From: Atractiella rhizophila
Taxonomy: Eukaryota
Direction of reading: 5' to 3'
Assembly (NCBI GenBank): GCA_021432655.1
Contig: MU271301.1
Span: 1-64,000 of the forward strand
DNA: 64,000 bases
Each line of letters opens with the position of its first letter. Position 1 is the first letter of the stretch. The translations under genes and the position numbers were made by a program. The notes beneath the pieces were generated by a model that was given only the letters and a program-made list of their open reading frames with translations, searched no databases and was not told the origin of the DNA. This document shows positions 51,932-64,000 of the stretch, in pieces.

Positions 51932-53263
51932 TTAGCCTCGTAGATCATGAGGCTTCACAAGCCGACCTTCGAATCTGAGATATTCAATAAATCTAAGAAT
52001 GAACTCGACTTGGTTCGGAGTTTCTATCGCTTTGACACTAGACATAGCATGAGACCGTTTGTCCATTGAACGACGGGAAGGAAGAACGCACCTTCTACGC
52101 CACCTAACAAATTCGATGAGGTTCTCCACCGTCTCTAAACATGTCTCGCCCCTCTCTCTGGGATAACCAGCTCCCATCTTAGCAAGCCAACAACAAGCCA
52201 TTAATCCGGCTCTCCCCACGCCACCTCTACAATGCGCAAGTACGTTTTTCCCCTTCAAAGTGTAATCTTTAACAACCATGGAGACAATCTCGTCCACTCG
52301 CTCAATTCCTTCCTGCCCTTCCGGAGCCCCTCCCTCAATCATAGGTATGCGTACGATCCGGAGCCCAAACTCGTCCGCCGTACTCTTGTACTGAGCCCAA
52401 GAAACACCAAGAAAGGAGAGCTCCTCGTCTGAAAGGCAACAGATGATGAGCTCCACCTTAGCATCATTCTTTATACGCATGAGGTCGGCACGAATACAGC
52501 GGTTAATACCCCTGCGGTTTGATCCAGGTTGGGCATTGCTGGGCTTGGTAGGAGAAGTAAGGCGGACCTTCTTCCCTGGCATCGAAGAGAGGAGAAGATT
52601 GCCTATCTGTGGATGGGGGCTGACCAACGGGGAGAAAGTAGCGGCCAAGAAGGCGTTGAGATCCGAATTTAAGATCCAAGGAATTGTAGATTTGTGGGTT
52701 GGTTGATAGATCGGCATGAAGAGAGGATGTGGAGGCGGAGTTGGTCGGTTCAAGTGAGCGTGAAGATGAGACAGCAGTTCGGGAGGGAAAATGAGAGACA
52801 TGTTGATGGGATGACTCTGGCTCGTCTTGATTCCTGTGGAGAGAGGAGTGAATAGGGGAGAAGAGACAGCATCCAAAATCGCTTCCGCGGTGGATATAGT
52901 CTCTTGGGTTTCTGGGTAGCGGATGATGGGGATGTTTCCATCCGACATCGCCTTGTGGATGAGAGGAGGAGGCTGCGGAATGACCCTATAGCTCTCCGCC
53001 ACTTTTTCGTTCTCCCAACTCGTTTTCTGCTGTGACTGAATGGCTTGGATTTGAGCTGCCTGAACCAGAAAGTGGTTGCTCGTGACACCAGCCCCAGCTG
53101 CAGGAACTTGATCCGTATTGTTACGCTTGAGTAAGGAGTACTGCGAGAGATAGTATTGACTGCAGAGTCGTTCGATGGCTGGAGAAAAGTGAGGGGGCGG
53201 TGGATCTTGAACTTGGGTTTGAGTGTGGACAGGGTGAGTGTATGGGAGAAGTTTGGTAGCCAT
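51932..53263 (-). CDS. Dual-specificity/PTP-like phosphatase (CDKN3/KAP-like)
   Basis: Catalytic HCRGGVGRAG (CX5R); GNLLLSSMPGKKVRL; AIETPNQVEFI. Probable 54-nt in-frame intron at 52038-52091. Confidence 0.85.
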   Translation of the reverse strand: MATKLLPYTHPVHTQTQVQDPPPPHFSPAIERLCSQYYLSQYSLLKRNNTDQVPAAGAGVTSNHFLVQAAQIQAIQSQQKTSWENEKVAESYRVIPQPPPLIHKAMSDGNIPIIRYPETQETISTAEAILDAVSSPLFTPLSTGIKTSQSHPINMSLIFPPELLSHLHAHLNRPTPPPHPLFMPIYQPTHKSTIPWILNSDLNAFLAATFSPLVSPHPQIGNLLLSSMPGKKVRLTSPTKPSNAQPGSNRRGINRCIRADLMRIKNDAKVELIICCLSDEELSFLGVSWAQYKSTADEFGLRIVRIPMIEGGAPEGQEGIERVDEIVSMVVKDYTLKGKNVLAHCRGGVGRAGLMACCWLAKMGAGYPRERGETCLETVENLIEFVRWRRRCVLPSRRSMDKRSHAMSSVKAIETPNQVEFILRFIEYLRFEGRLVKPHDLRG

Positions 53264-53419
53264 TATAAGGTATTAAGATAAGTTATTCTGCGCAAAATAG
53301 TATCAACGCAATCGTTTTCTTAGGGGAAAAGCTGGGAAAAGTGACTTGCCTTCTCGTTCCTGGTCGTTTCCTGTTTCACAAATTTCACGTGCACCAACGC
53401 ATCAACCACAATTCTTCCA

Positions 53420-56400
53420 ATGGCTCAGGACAAGATTAAGGAGGAGGTAGATGTATCAGTCCCAGCGGCGACAAAGCGAGCGTATGAAGACGACGAGGAT
53501 GACACGCCAACCCAGTCGAAACGCGCCAGAGTGGAGCAACCTGCAGAAAACGCATTAATTTACCAGCACGATGACCTTGCGTTACAAACAGGGACGGGGG
53601 AAACTCAGTGCGAAGTTGGGCTAACAGTTCCCGAGCAGGAAGAGGAAAAGAACGTAGTGCAGAAGAAGGAACTTACAAAAGTGGAAGTGGCGGATGGGCA
53701 GGTGGAGCAGAATGTAGGAGAACACGGATCAATGGAGGTAGACGGAGAACCCATAATCGACGTGCCACCTGCGGTTGACATCAAAGAATCAGCGTGCGTG
53801 GTCTCATCTATAGCTCTACTCAAGGGTCATAAAGCAAACTAGTCCCTGGCTGTATCTATTGCGTTTCTGGAGACATAATGTACATAAGCGCCAGAGACCT
53901 CAATTCGAGTGGGCACAAGATGACACCAGTTCGTCACTTCTTACCGCTGTTATGATCGCATGCTGAACCTTTTGTAGCCCAAAAGTGGGGTTGTTCCCTT
54001 AACATGTTCATTCCTCCAGCCTCCACGCGTTCCTTCACCGTTGAGCCCTTGTATGAAACCAAGGAAGAGGCGAAAGATGCAGCTGCTCGAATTGTCATCA
54101 AATACGGAGTGCCAGAGCAGGCGGCCGAAGCTGCGAAGAACGAACAGGAGAGGAGACATAAGGCAAATCAAGGGCTACCAGCTCAGGCGGCGCGCGAGAA
54201 AGAGAAAAAACTGGAAGCCCAGCATGTACTTGCAGAGAAGCCGTCGCTGGTAGTGCAGCGGGATATGGCTGAGAGCGGTGGCGATCAACCCATCAGCTTG
54301 CTTTACCAAACAATGGCGCAGAACATGGGAAACGGACATAACCCCAATTTCGAATTCGGCATCGATGCTACGAGTGGGTTTTACCTCTGTAAAATCGTGG
54401 ATAGGTCTGAGTTTTATTTTCTGTATAGGTCAATTTCACACTGCCACCTTGACCGTCAAAGTTCTACCCACGTTAACGAAAACATACGTCACGCCGCAAC
54501 CTTACAAAACACGAAAATTAGCGAAGGAGGCTATTTGCCGAGCCGCCATCAAGGACGGTATAATCAAGATCATTCAGGAGGAGCATTCTTTAGCTGCTAG
54601 AAAGAAGCGAGGAGAGGTCTCTGAGCATGAGACGGAGGATGACAATCCGCCTCAGCAACTTCACGTTATGTGCACCCGATTCCTTGGGAGTTCAAGTACA
54701 CTCATTTACGAGTACAATTGCCGTCCGTCATTCTCTTACATTTTTCCTGTGCACGCCGAAGGGTAAAGTAGCATCAAATGGGCTTTTCGGAGCGACCGTG
54801 AAAATCAAGATCACACCTGAAGACATCCGATCTTTCAAAGTGGAACCGAACTTCAAGTCAAAGAAGGACGCTCGCAGAGAGGTGTCGCGTGTCGCGCTCG
54901 CTGGTGGCCTCTTGGAAGTGCTGAAGCAACTGAAGGATGAGAAAACGGATAGCACACTGGAAAACGTGGCTGGCAGAGATGGGAAGAAGAAAGCCGGCCA
55001 GTCCATCCCTAAGCCTGGCACTCACATGGACAAGAATGCAGATGAACTTGAGAAGTAAGACTATCGTCCCTTCGCTGCTACGAAACTTATGTTCTGGCCA
55101 AGTGCGGTTGGGTATCTTAATCTTTGTTTTCAGACATGGCATGGCAACATTGCTCCTCTTTCGTGGGAATTTTCAGTCTCACCACCAGCCAAGACGGGTG
55201 CTACCCTTTTCGTCCGCCTGTCGCCTTCCCTCACTCGCAAGTATACTGTTCCAGCGACCTATAAAGGAAAGAAGGATGCGAAGGAAGCGGTGGCCAAGAA
55301 GGCAATTAAGGACGGCTTGCTAGGACTCATTCGTCCGAAGAAATCTGATTTTTCCCGGACACATTTGCGAGGCGGCATGGTTGGACGCGGCGGATCATCG
55401 TTCGACAGGGGTGGGACCTTCAACAATCGACCTTTCTTCCCACAAAGTCAATTGCCTGCTTCTCAGCTCAACACGATCTCGCCAAGTTTTCAGGTTCCTC
55501 ACATGCAACCAGCACTAGGAGGACCAAGCATGACTGGGAGTAACATTTTTGCCGCTCAAGGTCAACAGATGCTGGACTCGCAACAGCATAACCCCTTCAT
55601 GATCCAGCAGCGATTGCAACAACAACAAGCGGAGCAACAACGCTTCGGTAATCAGAGTGGAAGCGGTATGTATAATAACGGAATGCAGAATCAACAACCT
55701 GGCAGCGGAGCATTCTCTTGGGTAGCACCGAATCAGCAACAGCCAGGCAACGCTACTTGGGGCATACCGCCTCACGATCAGATGATGCAAATCGTACAGC
55801 AGCTGGATGACTTTTGCCTAGAATGGATGGGTCCTGGTCATTTGCCTCAGTACGAGGTTCATCGAGACGAGAGGAGTGCGTAAATCCATGGCTTGTGTAA
55901 ATTATGCCTGACTATCACATCAGCTGGTCTTTTCGGTTGCGGTGTCCGAATCCCGATTACCCCTGCGAACATAAAGTCATTTTGGACGAGGCACGAATTC
56001 ACCGCTAGAAACGACGCTCAAGAGGCTTGCGCCCGCATTGCGATGCAAGATGGGATCATCGACACTGTAAAACGAGAGTTCCCCCCAATGACCAACTTGA
56101 GCAGTCCCATGCCAGCGCCTAGTATGGGTAGCGGGGGGATGAACACTGCTTCTCAAGGTGGTCTTGGTGTCTTCGGCTTCAACGGAAGTAACGCCTTCCC
56201 CAACATGCACACTGGCCAAGGAGGCTTTCAACAAGGAGGAAGAGGTGCCGGAGCCTTCGGAAGAGGAGGTGCCTTCACTGGTCGAGGTGGCACTCAAACT
56301 AGACCTATTAAATCCAACAATACATCCTCGTCGGCAAAGGGTGCTCCGCACAAAACAGTCGCCTCTCACAGTGAATCGAAAAGTCGTAAAGGCGAAAGCG

Positions 56401-57109
56401 CAGTCACACAACTCAACAAGACTTGCCAATATGTCATTGGTAGTGAACCTCAAGATATGCCAGAGTACGAATTTCTCACGGATACGACGGGGAGCAAGTT
56501 TGGGGCTGTCGTTCATGTTCCTCTTGATTCAAACCAAACGACGGTCTTTAGTATCCCTTCTAGCTTCACGAGCAAACGAGAAGCAAAAGAGGCTGTCGCT
56601 AAGTTAGCCATCGATCAAGGAGTTCTTCAGCAAATCAAGGACAAAGCTGAGAAGCGGTGCGCTCTCCTATATCACCTCTATGGCGCTGAAGCGGCGTCTT
56701 GCAGCATCGACCAGATTCAATCGTCGCTTAAAGACGCTAACCAGCCATACAGTCCTCTCAAGATTGGTCAGAAACCACAGTCCGACCGTCCTAAAACATT
56801 TGTCCACCAGTTGCAAGGTTTGACATTGCTCATTTTGCGGGGTGATAATCTCACGCAGATGTTGTAGAGTTCACACGAAGCCACAATCTCCCGAAACCTG
56901 TTTTTACATCAGAGACCGGTCCCGCTCAAGAAGGTGGCGACGGCAAGGAGCAGGTCCTTAGAGTTTGGGTCGTCATTGGTGACCTCAAGTTCGAGCTGGA
57001 CAAAGAGCGTTTTGGGAAAGAGCACGATGGTAAAGAGCGTCTTGCTGCCAGGGTTCTCAAGCATCTTCAAAAAGAAGAGTCGGAGAGGCTCGCTGCATCT
57101 ACCTCTTAA
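53420..57109 (+). CDS. Protein with ~7 dsRBD-like repeats plus RGG and Q/N-rich segments (multi-exon)
   Basis: Recurring (Y/F)xxKxxAKExxAxxAxxxG helix, each preceded by a beta-strand pattern and a PxxxLxxxCQ-like helix; GRGG repeats; QQRLQQQQAEQQ tract. Stop TAA at 57107-57109. Confidence 0.75.
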
Positions 57110-58022
57110 ACCATTCCTGCATTCTTCCCTTCCGTTGACTTTTCATTTAGCGATACTTAACATTAGCGTTTGTCTCGGATTCGAGATGAGATTTGCACCG
57201 CATGTGTCATCTCTTATTCGAAATCAGAGAAATCAGCGGATGTGCTTCATTACTTTAAAACATCATGAAAGCCATGACGCCCGTGGTGAAACTGCAGCAC
57301 AGAGATGAGAGGATCGTTCACTCTTGTGCAAGCCAGCATATTCTTCCCTTTTCTGTGGCCTTCACTTCTAACCTCTGCATTTGAAGAGAAGGAGACGTCA
57401 AGGTTGCTACAACCATGATGAGGATTCTCTCATTGTACCCACTAGACGTGTTGCTTGTCCGCATTTGAAAGGTGACATTCCAATGATTGTTCTTTTGCTT
57501 CTGGGACACATTTATTGAGCGAACTACCTCGGTTTGCGGTGTGTATCTGTTTCGCTCCATCACTCCCTTTCTCCCCTTGATGACGACATGCAGAAGAGGT
57601 ATTTCAGAAAGTGTAGTCTCTTTTGGGGCTCAGGCGCAACTCTTTTCAGCCTGTTGACTCTTGTGCTCAGCAAGTAGGCAATGATAGGTCATTCCGATGC
57701 GGCTGATGGAGGTTCGCCTGATGTCTACCTTTCTTCGAGAGCCAATCTTCTTTTAAATATAGGGAGCTCTGGGAATTCTATGTGTGGGCTCTCTTTTCCG
57801 TATGGATATCGATGGCGAAGGAGGAATTCTTCAACATAGAAGCTCCACTTACCATTTTGCGGCAGGATATGGCTGTCCCATTAGCCCCACCCATCTGAAA
57901 CGCAGCAGGGGTTAGAAAATGCTTCGCTGTGGAGTGATCATTCACTGATGTGCAAACCGATCAAATGGCAGTCTGATCTGACGATGTCATCAATCCATGA
58001 AAGTTATCCACGTAGCATACAC

Positions 58023-60029
58023 TCATTGTCTCCTCTTCCCGCTGTCACTAATGATTACTCTCCCTCCTTTTCCATTATCCTCCAAAATGTCAGTCTCAGG
58101 GCTTCTGTTACCACTCTCTAAGCTGTCCAATTCAGTAGAACGACCGTGTTCATCTCTGAGATAGAACCACCATGCTGTTCACCGCGATCAACCATCAATC
58201 ATGGATGAAGAGATTCCTTACCTGGGAGAGCGACGCTAGCGTGGATGTTTTGTAAAAGATTTGAAGGTCATCGAGATGAAACTTACAAAAGAGCACCAAC
58301 AACGTTTCCAATAAACGCGGGAATCAATGATTTCCAAATATATTTGCCTGTGGTCAAGTCGCCACCTGTGCGCACAACATTATAAAGCATTTGATTCAGA
58401 ATGCAAAAAGGTTACCTTCCATAATAGAGAGTGGGATAGAGAACATATTCTGGTGACGATCACGGAGTCAGTAATTGAACGAAAGATAATAATGGGCGAG
58501 GATTTACCGCTAGATTCGGTGAAGACATATAGTTAATATTAGTGAAGTATGCTGATATAGAGTGGCTCACCTCTGTGATGTTCACGATTGTTAATGCTAG
58601 CCGGTTCGAACTCCGAAGTAAAGCAAAGCACTCACATGACGTGATCATATCCTGCCGCCACGAAAAGCCATATTGGCAACCACAGAGCAACAATCTTCGA
58701 AACTGTTTCATTCGAACCTGCCGCAACCCAAACAGCGAGACAGACGAGCTGTTTAATGGACGTGCGTGAATAAATGCAACAAGGATTCAGTTCATCAAGG
58801 TGGACCAACCCAGTTACAACCTGCGAAACCTGAGCTTATTGCGGCCGTTTTTGGAAAGATACGCACCAATTCCTCGCAAGAAGATTTGATGCCACTCAGG
58901 TGTATTGACTTTGGTATTCACGAAGTGTATGACGTATGTGTGGTAGGGCTCGCTGTCAGCAGGAGCCAAATCAGGCTTGGTACGTCGCTAGCGACAGAAA
59001 AATAGGCGGATGGATACCTGCTGAGGACGCCAGAATCTGCGCGGGTGTCAACGAATTGTGATGCTGGGAAATGAAGTACCTACATTTGACTAAAATTGCG
59101 GCTATTGGAAAACATTATTCGAACGGTTGCAGTCTCGGGCGATGAACACAACTTGCCTGTCTAGATGCCCTTTGAGGATTCTATCATCAGTTGTAGGGGG
59201 AACAACTTACAAACAAAGATCCAGCTGTGGACACAGTTAAGTTTGAGAGAGGTTGTAACTAATAGGGAATAGAAGCATCGACTCACCCAAATTGCCAAAA
59301 AATACAACCAGCCAATTCAAGCCTAGTGACCAGAATGGCACTCGACGCCTCAGGACTGCCATAGGAAAAGTGAACATATTTGAGGTTAGGAGTTCCTAGA
59401 TCCAAAAATAGTTGGAAATGGAGCCATCCGTGAACCAGGTGACGCACTTGGCCAGTTAACACGATTAACTGTGGTTCAGGTACTTCAACATGAACTTGGC
59501 GCCCACACAGTAAGACGACGAACCGTCAACCCGATAGGGAAAGTGAATCCAGCGATCAATTTCGTGAGTCCAGGGTTATTTGTCGTAAGCGTTGGGGATC
59601 CGCCAGAGACTATTATTGATAAAAGATTCCCATAGCTTAGGAACACGCCTATTCCAAAGAGTGCAGAATTTGCTTCTGTCAGGTGAACCTTTCGAGGGAG
59701 AGAAAACACGCCTGCCAAAAACTACGAAGATAATCAGCACTTCGCTGGATGAGAGAAGGGGAGGTGACGGACCGCTTTCAGAAATATCACCTGATCCGCT
59801 CTATTAACAATGTATCTTGATACGCAAATGAACGAGCTCACATCTTGGCGCGTTTTGTGCTTCGCCTAAGGCATTACCCTAAGACAATAATTTTTTGTCG
59901 ATAAATCTTCTCACCAAAGCAGCTTCAACGAAAAAGTATGCAACTGAAGAGAAATAAGTCGAGTTCAATCCAAGAGCGAACCTTACCCTGATTGGGCTGG
60001 AGCGTGGCTGGTGTGAGCGCAGAAGCCAT
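58023..60029 (-). CDS. Formate/nitrite transporter (FNT family), 21 exons
   Basis: Manual splice: IFLKAFLAGVFLSYG...PGLTKLIAGFTFPIGLTLIVLTGQELLTSNM...NWLVVFFGNLAGSLF...WHQIFLRGIGCNWLVCLAVW...SKIVALWLPIWLFVAAGYDHVIANMFSIPL...LIPAFIGNVVGA. These are FNT signature motifs. Confidence 0.92.
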
Positions 60030-60543
60030 CTTTCAGATTGTTCCGCTGCTGGCCAAAGGGGAGCTTCACTGCAGTACCTCCTTTATAAATGCGTGCGACC
60101 GCAAAGACAGACGAAATGTAAGACGGAAGAAGCTTTGACGCCCGTCATGAAGGCAACTTTCATAATAATAGCAACCAGACGCATGTCGAACCAACTTTCC
60201 CCAGAATGCAATTGAGCAGGACGCCGAGGCGGAATACTGACTCGTCAGGACAGCTTGGGGTAGCGTAGCGGGGACTTTAATTTTTGGCTTGCTCCGCTCG
60301 TCGGGTGAAAGCCAAAAATCTACGAGAAACGGGGTGAATGTTGAATAGGTAATTGATATTCCAGCAGGGAGTGTAGATGTACAGAACCAAGGCAATCCTT
60401 GCTTTAAAACCTGGGAGACGAATAGTGAGAAAACTTCATGATGATATGGCAACCTCTATGCGAAGTCTTGTTCAAACCGTAAAACTTTGATGCAGAAAGA
60501 ATGAATAAAATGGGTTGACGAGCTGAGCTGGGAGACCGAAGAA

Positions 60544-63500
60544 CTAATATCGGTCTTGATTGGGGATACTCCGCTTTTTCGCATGCGAGGGGGCACCGCG
60601 GTCGTGAGCGCTAGAATACGAGGCGTTATTGCCGTTGGGTCCGAAGTACGCTTGGGGAGGATACTGATTGGGCGAGGGGGAAGGAGGGTAGGACATGGAC
60701 GATGGGTCCCTATTGTAATCAGAATAGGCGCCTTGGCTGTTGGGATGGCCGCCCCTGTGCCCTTGACGCGGATTCTCATGTTCGTCGTCCCATCCAGAGT
60801 CCATCATGAGCTCCATTTGGTCTGCTTTGACCATATCGCTGTCACGAGAGTACTGACTGTAATTGTCTGCGCTGTATAAGCCGACAGGCGGAGGGTGATC
60901 GCCAGCTACAATCCCTTTTTAGTACTCTCATTCTTGCGCATCAAATAAAAGATTTACTTTGATCATAAATGGGCATCTGAAATCCCCACCTATCTTCGTC
61001 GCCGCTAAACATCGAAGTCGTATCAGAACCTCCATATTGTGACCCTTCGAAGATTTCAGAGTTGACGCCAGCATGGAAATGTTTAGTCCCGAAAGCTTTC
61101 TCAGCTTCCCTCTTCCTCTTTTCCTTCCTCAACCTGGTCCTTTCCCAGTCTTCCCATCTCCTCAAAGGGACCGTGTCCGAGCTCACAGTTCCACTATCAT
61201 CACCATGTCCTTTATCTTTCCCTTCTCCTGCCACTTTCCTCGTCTCTCCCCAAGAGAAATCATCGAAATGCCAGAATGAATACACCGGTAATATCTGATA
61301 ACGAAACTCAGTGAATACCCTTTTGACAGAACAAGAGAAACTTGGCGTACAAAGTTCCACACCGGCAAAGCCAAGAGATAGATGAACATCCACAGGATAT
61401 AGACAATTTTTCTAGTTGTCAATAAGATTAAAACTGCAGGCAGTCCCAAAACTGCCCCGAGTAGAAGTAGTGGTATAGCGTCTGCGAAGTTGTTGGGGGG
61501 ATTGAGGATGTAGTTGACGATAAGTGTGTAAGTGAGGGAAATAGCGACAGGTAGAACGACTGTCCCGATTAGTTCCATAAAGACGACGAACTGCATCGAG
61601 AAGCAAAAAGTTCCACAAAGATTCGGTACGCGCACTAGCTCCATAAGATTGTGAATAGTGGAATTGATCCATCTCCTTCTCTGGGAGAGAAGGACTTTGA
61701 ATTCGTCCGGCGCAATGGTTCGACACTTGGCCTGAGGACAGAACATCATCTTCCTATTGGGAAACGTGCGGATCATGAGCGTTGTGAGGAATCGATCTTC
61801 ACCAAGAAGGAGCAGGTTCTTTTGATGCAAAGTTGAGACCACGCTCTGACTGTATTCCAAACAGATTTGAGGTTGAACGAGAACGGGAATCCAATCGCCA
61901 TCGTTGTTCTTTCGCGCTTTGAGTCGGTACATCGAGAAACAACCCGGAAGACAAGTCACACCGCCGAAAACTGACTCGAAACCTTTCGCCAGATGATGGG
62001 AAATGAAATACCTTCAAATCTTGTCAGCATCGCAAGAATAAAATAGCGGAGGGACACACTCAAAGACCTGAATAGCCGTAACCCAGGACTGTCGCTTGTT
62101 TGCAATTCTTGTCTCTCCGCACACGCCCATGATGGTGCTATCATGCTGGCAACAATTTACGAGGTGTTTGATAGAGTCTCTGTAGACCTTAGTATCGGCG
62201 TCAACCTAACATTGCGTATTCACCATCAGCAACTGTTCAAGTTATGTAAGGTCCGCACGCACCATTAGGCAAACCTCAAAGAAATCAGGGGTAACACCCA
62301 TGAGCGCATTAGTTTTCCGGAAGAGATCGTAGTCCAAAGGCGTCATCCGATCATTGTAAGTGACCCGAGAAAAGAAATTCATGAGCACCATTTGCGAGTC
62401 CCTCTTTCCCCTGTTCCCTGGCTTCGCTTCGTGAGCTTCTTCGGGTGGTCCGCATTTTACAATGACGACTATTGGTGTCCTGTGACCTTTGACCCTAGCT
62501 GCTCTCAGCAAAGGCCATCAGTCACATCCCAAACATGCGAGAAAAGGAAATCGGCGCACTGTAATGACCAGCATAAACCTTCGCCATATTATGAGCCTTT
62601 TTTCCAGCTCCAACAGCACCATAGCTCATCGGCTGCGGGTCTCTGAACCTCGAATCAACCTCAATCATGTTGACAACGATATCGGGAGTGGACATCTTCT
62701 CTCCGCTTCCCGTAATGAGACCGTCGCAAACAACAAAGATCAGCTTTCGGGCATCAGAATAGTCTGAAGCGGCAATGGAAGAGAGGGTGTTGCCGATTCC
62801 TTCTTCTCCCTCCGAATAACAAGTGACGAGCGCGACGCAGAAAAGTTCAGCACCAATGGAAGCCATAGAGATGAGTCCGTTCTGGTCCAGCGCTTGAACC
62901 GAGCCCTCTTTCCCACCCTTGACCAGTTTGTTGTGTTTCTGTGCCTTGGGACCCACCCATGGCGCCGCTCCATTCTTATTTCCCACGTCAATGTTGGCGC
63001 CTTCAGGCATGACAGCTGGCGAGATAACGTTCCGCTTGAGATTCCTGGGAGGCTTGACGAGTGTTTCAGAAAGGAACCAGTTGAAGACACAGGCCATGGC
63101 GAAGCGGGCAAGAACGATGGAGAGGATGACGAAGAGGGAAAGGTAGAGGAAGAGCTGAGAGACGAAACAGCCTGGTGTTATTTTGTCGATATGTCCCGCG
63201 TAATATTTGTCGGAGAGGCAGTCCATGGCGGGTTTGAGCTCATTGGAGGAGACGAAGAGACGGGTCGCGTCTTTGCCGCTGGAGGGGTCCATGGTTCGAA
63301 GAACGAAGCGGATGGCAGTGTCCACTGGATCGTTTGGTATGGCTTGAGGGACGGCAGCCATGTAAGGAGCTAAATTGAGGACGTTCCCATCGAGGACCAA
63401 GAAATCGGTCTCGTTTGCGACTCCATCCCAATCATATCCCGGCTCCTTCGTCACATTCTGCAATCCCAAGGCCGCGAGGTTCGAGAAGCTGAGATCTCCA

Positions 63501-64000
63501 GCCGCACATGAGGCGAATTGAGATGTACTCGAGTTGGCGCACAGGTTGGCGGTGGCGTAGCGAGCGGTATTGCCAGCGCATGAGGGGTATGTCACCTTGG
63601 TACGGTCGAACAGTGCGGTGATATCCAGCCCGCTCTCTTGATTGGCGAGCTTGGCGAAATCTACTCCTGCCACCGGTTTCGATCCTGTGGTATTGAAGAG
63701 CCAGCCGTTGATGCCTACGAGACCGGGGAGGGATCCCAACCTGACGTATTCCGCTGGTCCGTGATTGCTCGAGTTGGGGCAGAGGACGGCCGATAAACCG
63801 ATGGTGACGAAACCCACGATGCCTCCGAGGAGCAGAGCGATGGTACAAAGAGCCACCTTTTCTCTCCAAGCGCGTTGGGTAGGCAAGTCCTTCATTCCCC
63901 CGATCCAGTCAAGCAAGAACGGAGGAGCCCACCAAGTGCAGCAGTAGGAAAAGAAGGTCCACGGCTTGAACCACCCATCGTCGTCTCCCTTCATTTTGGA
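60544..64000 (-). CDS. Chitin synthase, division 2 (class IV-like); 5' end at or beyond the right window edge
   Basis: [10 protein letters not shown], cytochrome-b5-like segment, [70 protein letters not shown]. No DEK-C tail seen. Confidence 0.95.

Noticed and set aside
57300..57900. Short minus-strand ORF fragments between the dsRBD-like and FNT genes
   Set aside because: I could not assemble a coherent spliced ORF or recognise a family.
58595..58620. GGTTCGAAC resembling a tRNA T-loop
   Set aside because: No T-stem or cloverleaf; it lies inside an FNT intron.

Overview
Intron-rich fungal genomic DNA. A basidiomycete origin is inferred from the short (~45-65 nt) GT/GC-AG introns with CTRAC branch points and from the gene repertoire. 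Left to right: the 5' part of a Ty1/copia LTR retrotransposon (minus strand; 5' LTR, half-tRNA-iMet PBS, gag-PR-IN, then RT-RNase H after a 4-bp frameshift), RFC1, PSD1, YOP1, NADH pyrophosphatase NPY1, a decayed ORF, a large coiled-coil protein with PAM2-like motifs, a cullin-4-like gene, an intronless F-box gene, an HSF-type transcription factor with a ~712-bp internal tandem duplication, a coiled-coil hypothetical gene, a small I9 protease inhibitor, 6-phosphogluconolactonase, an AMP-binding-like protein, a head-to-head cytosine permease / cytosine deaminase (FCY2-FCY1) pair, HIS3, TAF11, a dual-specificity phosphatase, a protein with ~7 dsRBD-like repeats, a 21-exon formate/nitrite transporter, and a chitin synthase that runs off the window. 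The strongest signals are two consecutive 2-nt micro-exons in the formate/nitrite transporter, the FCY2-FCY1 divergon, the multi-dsRBD protein and the HSF duplication. All exon structures were assembled by eye and need transcript confirmation.
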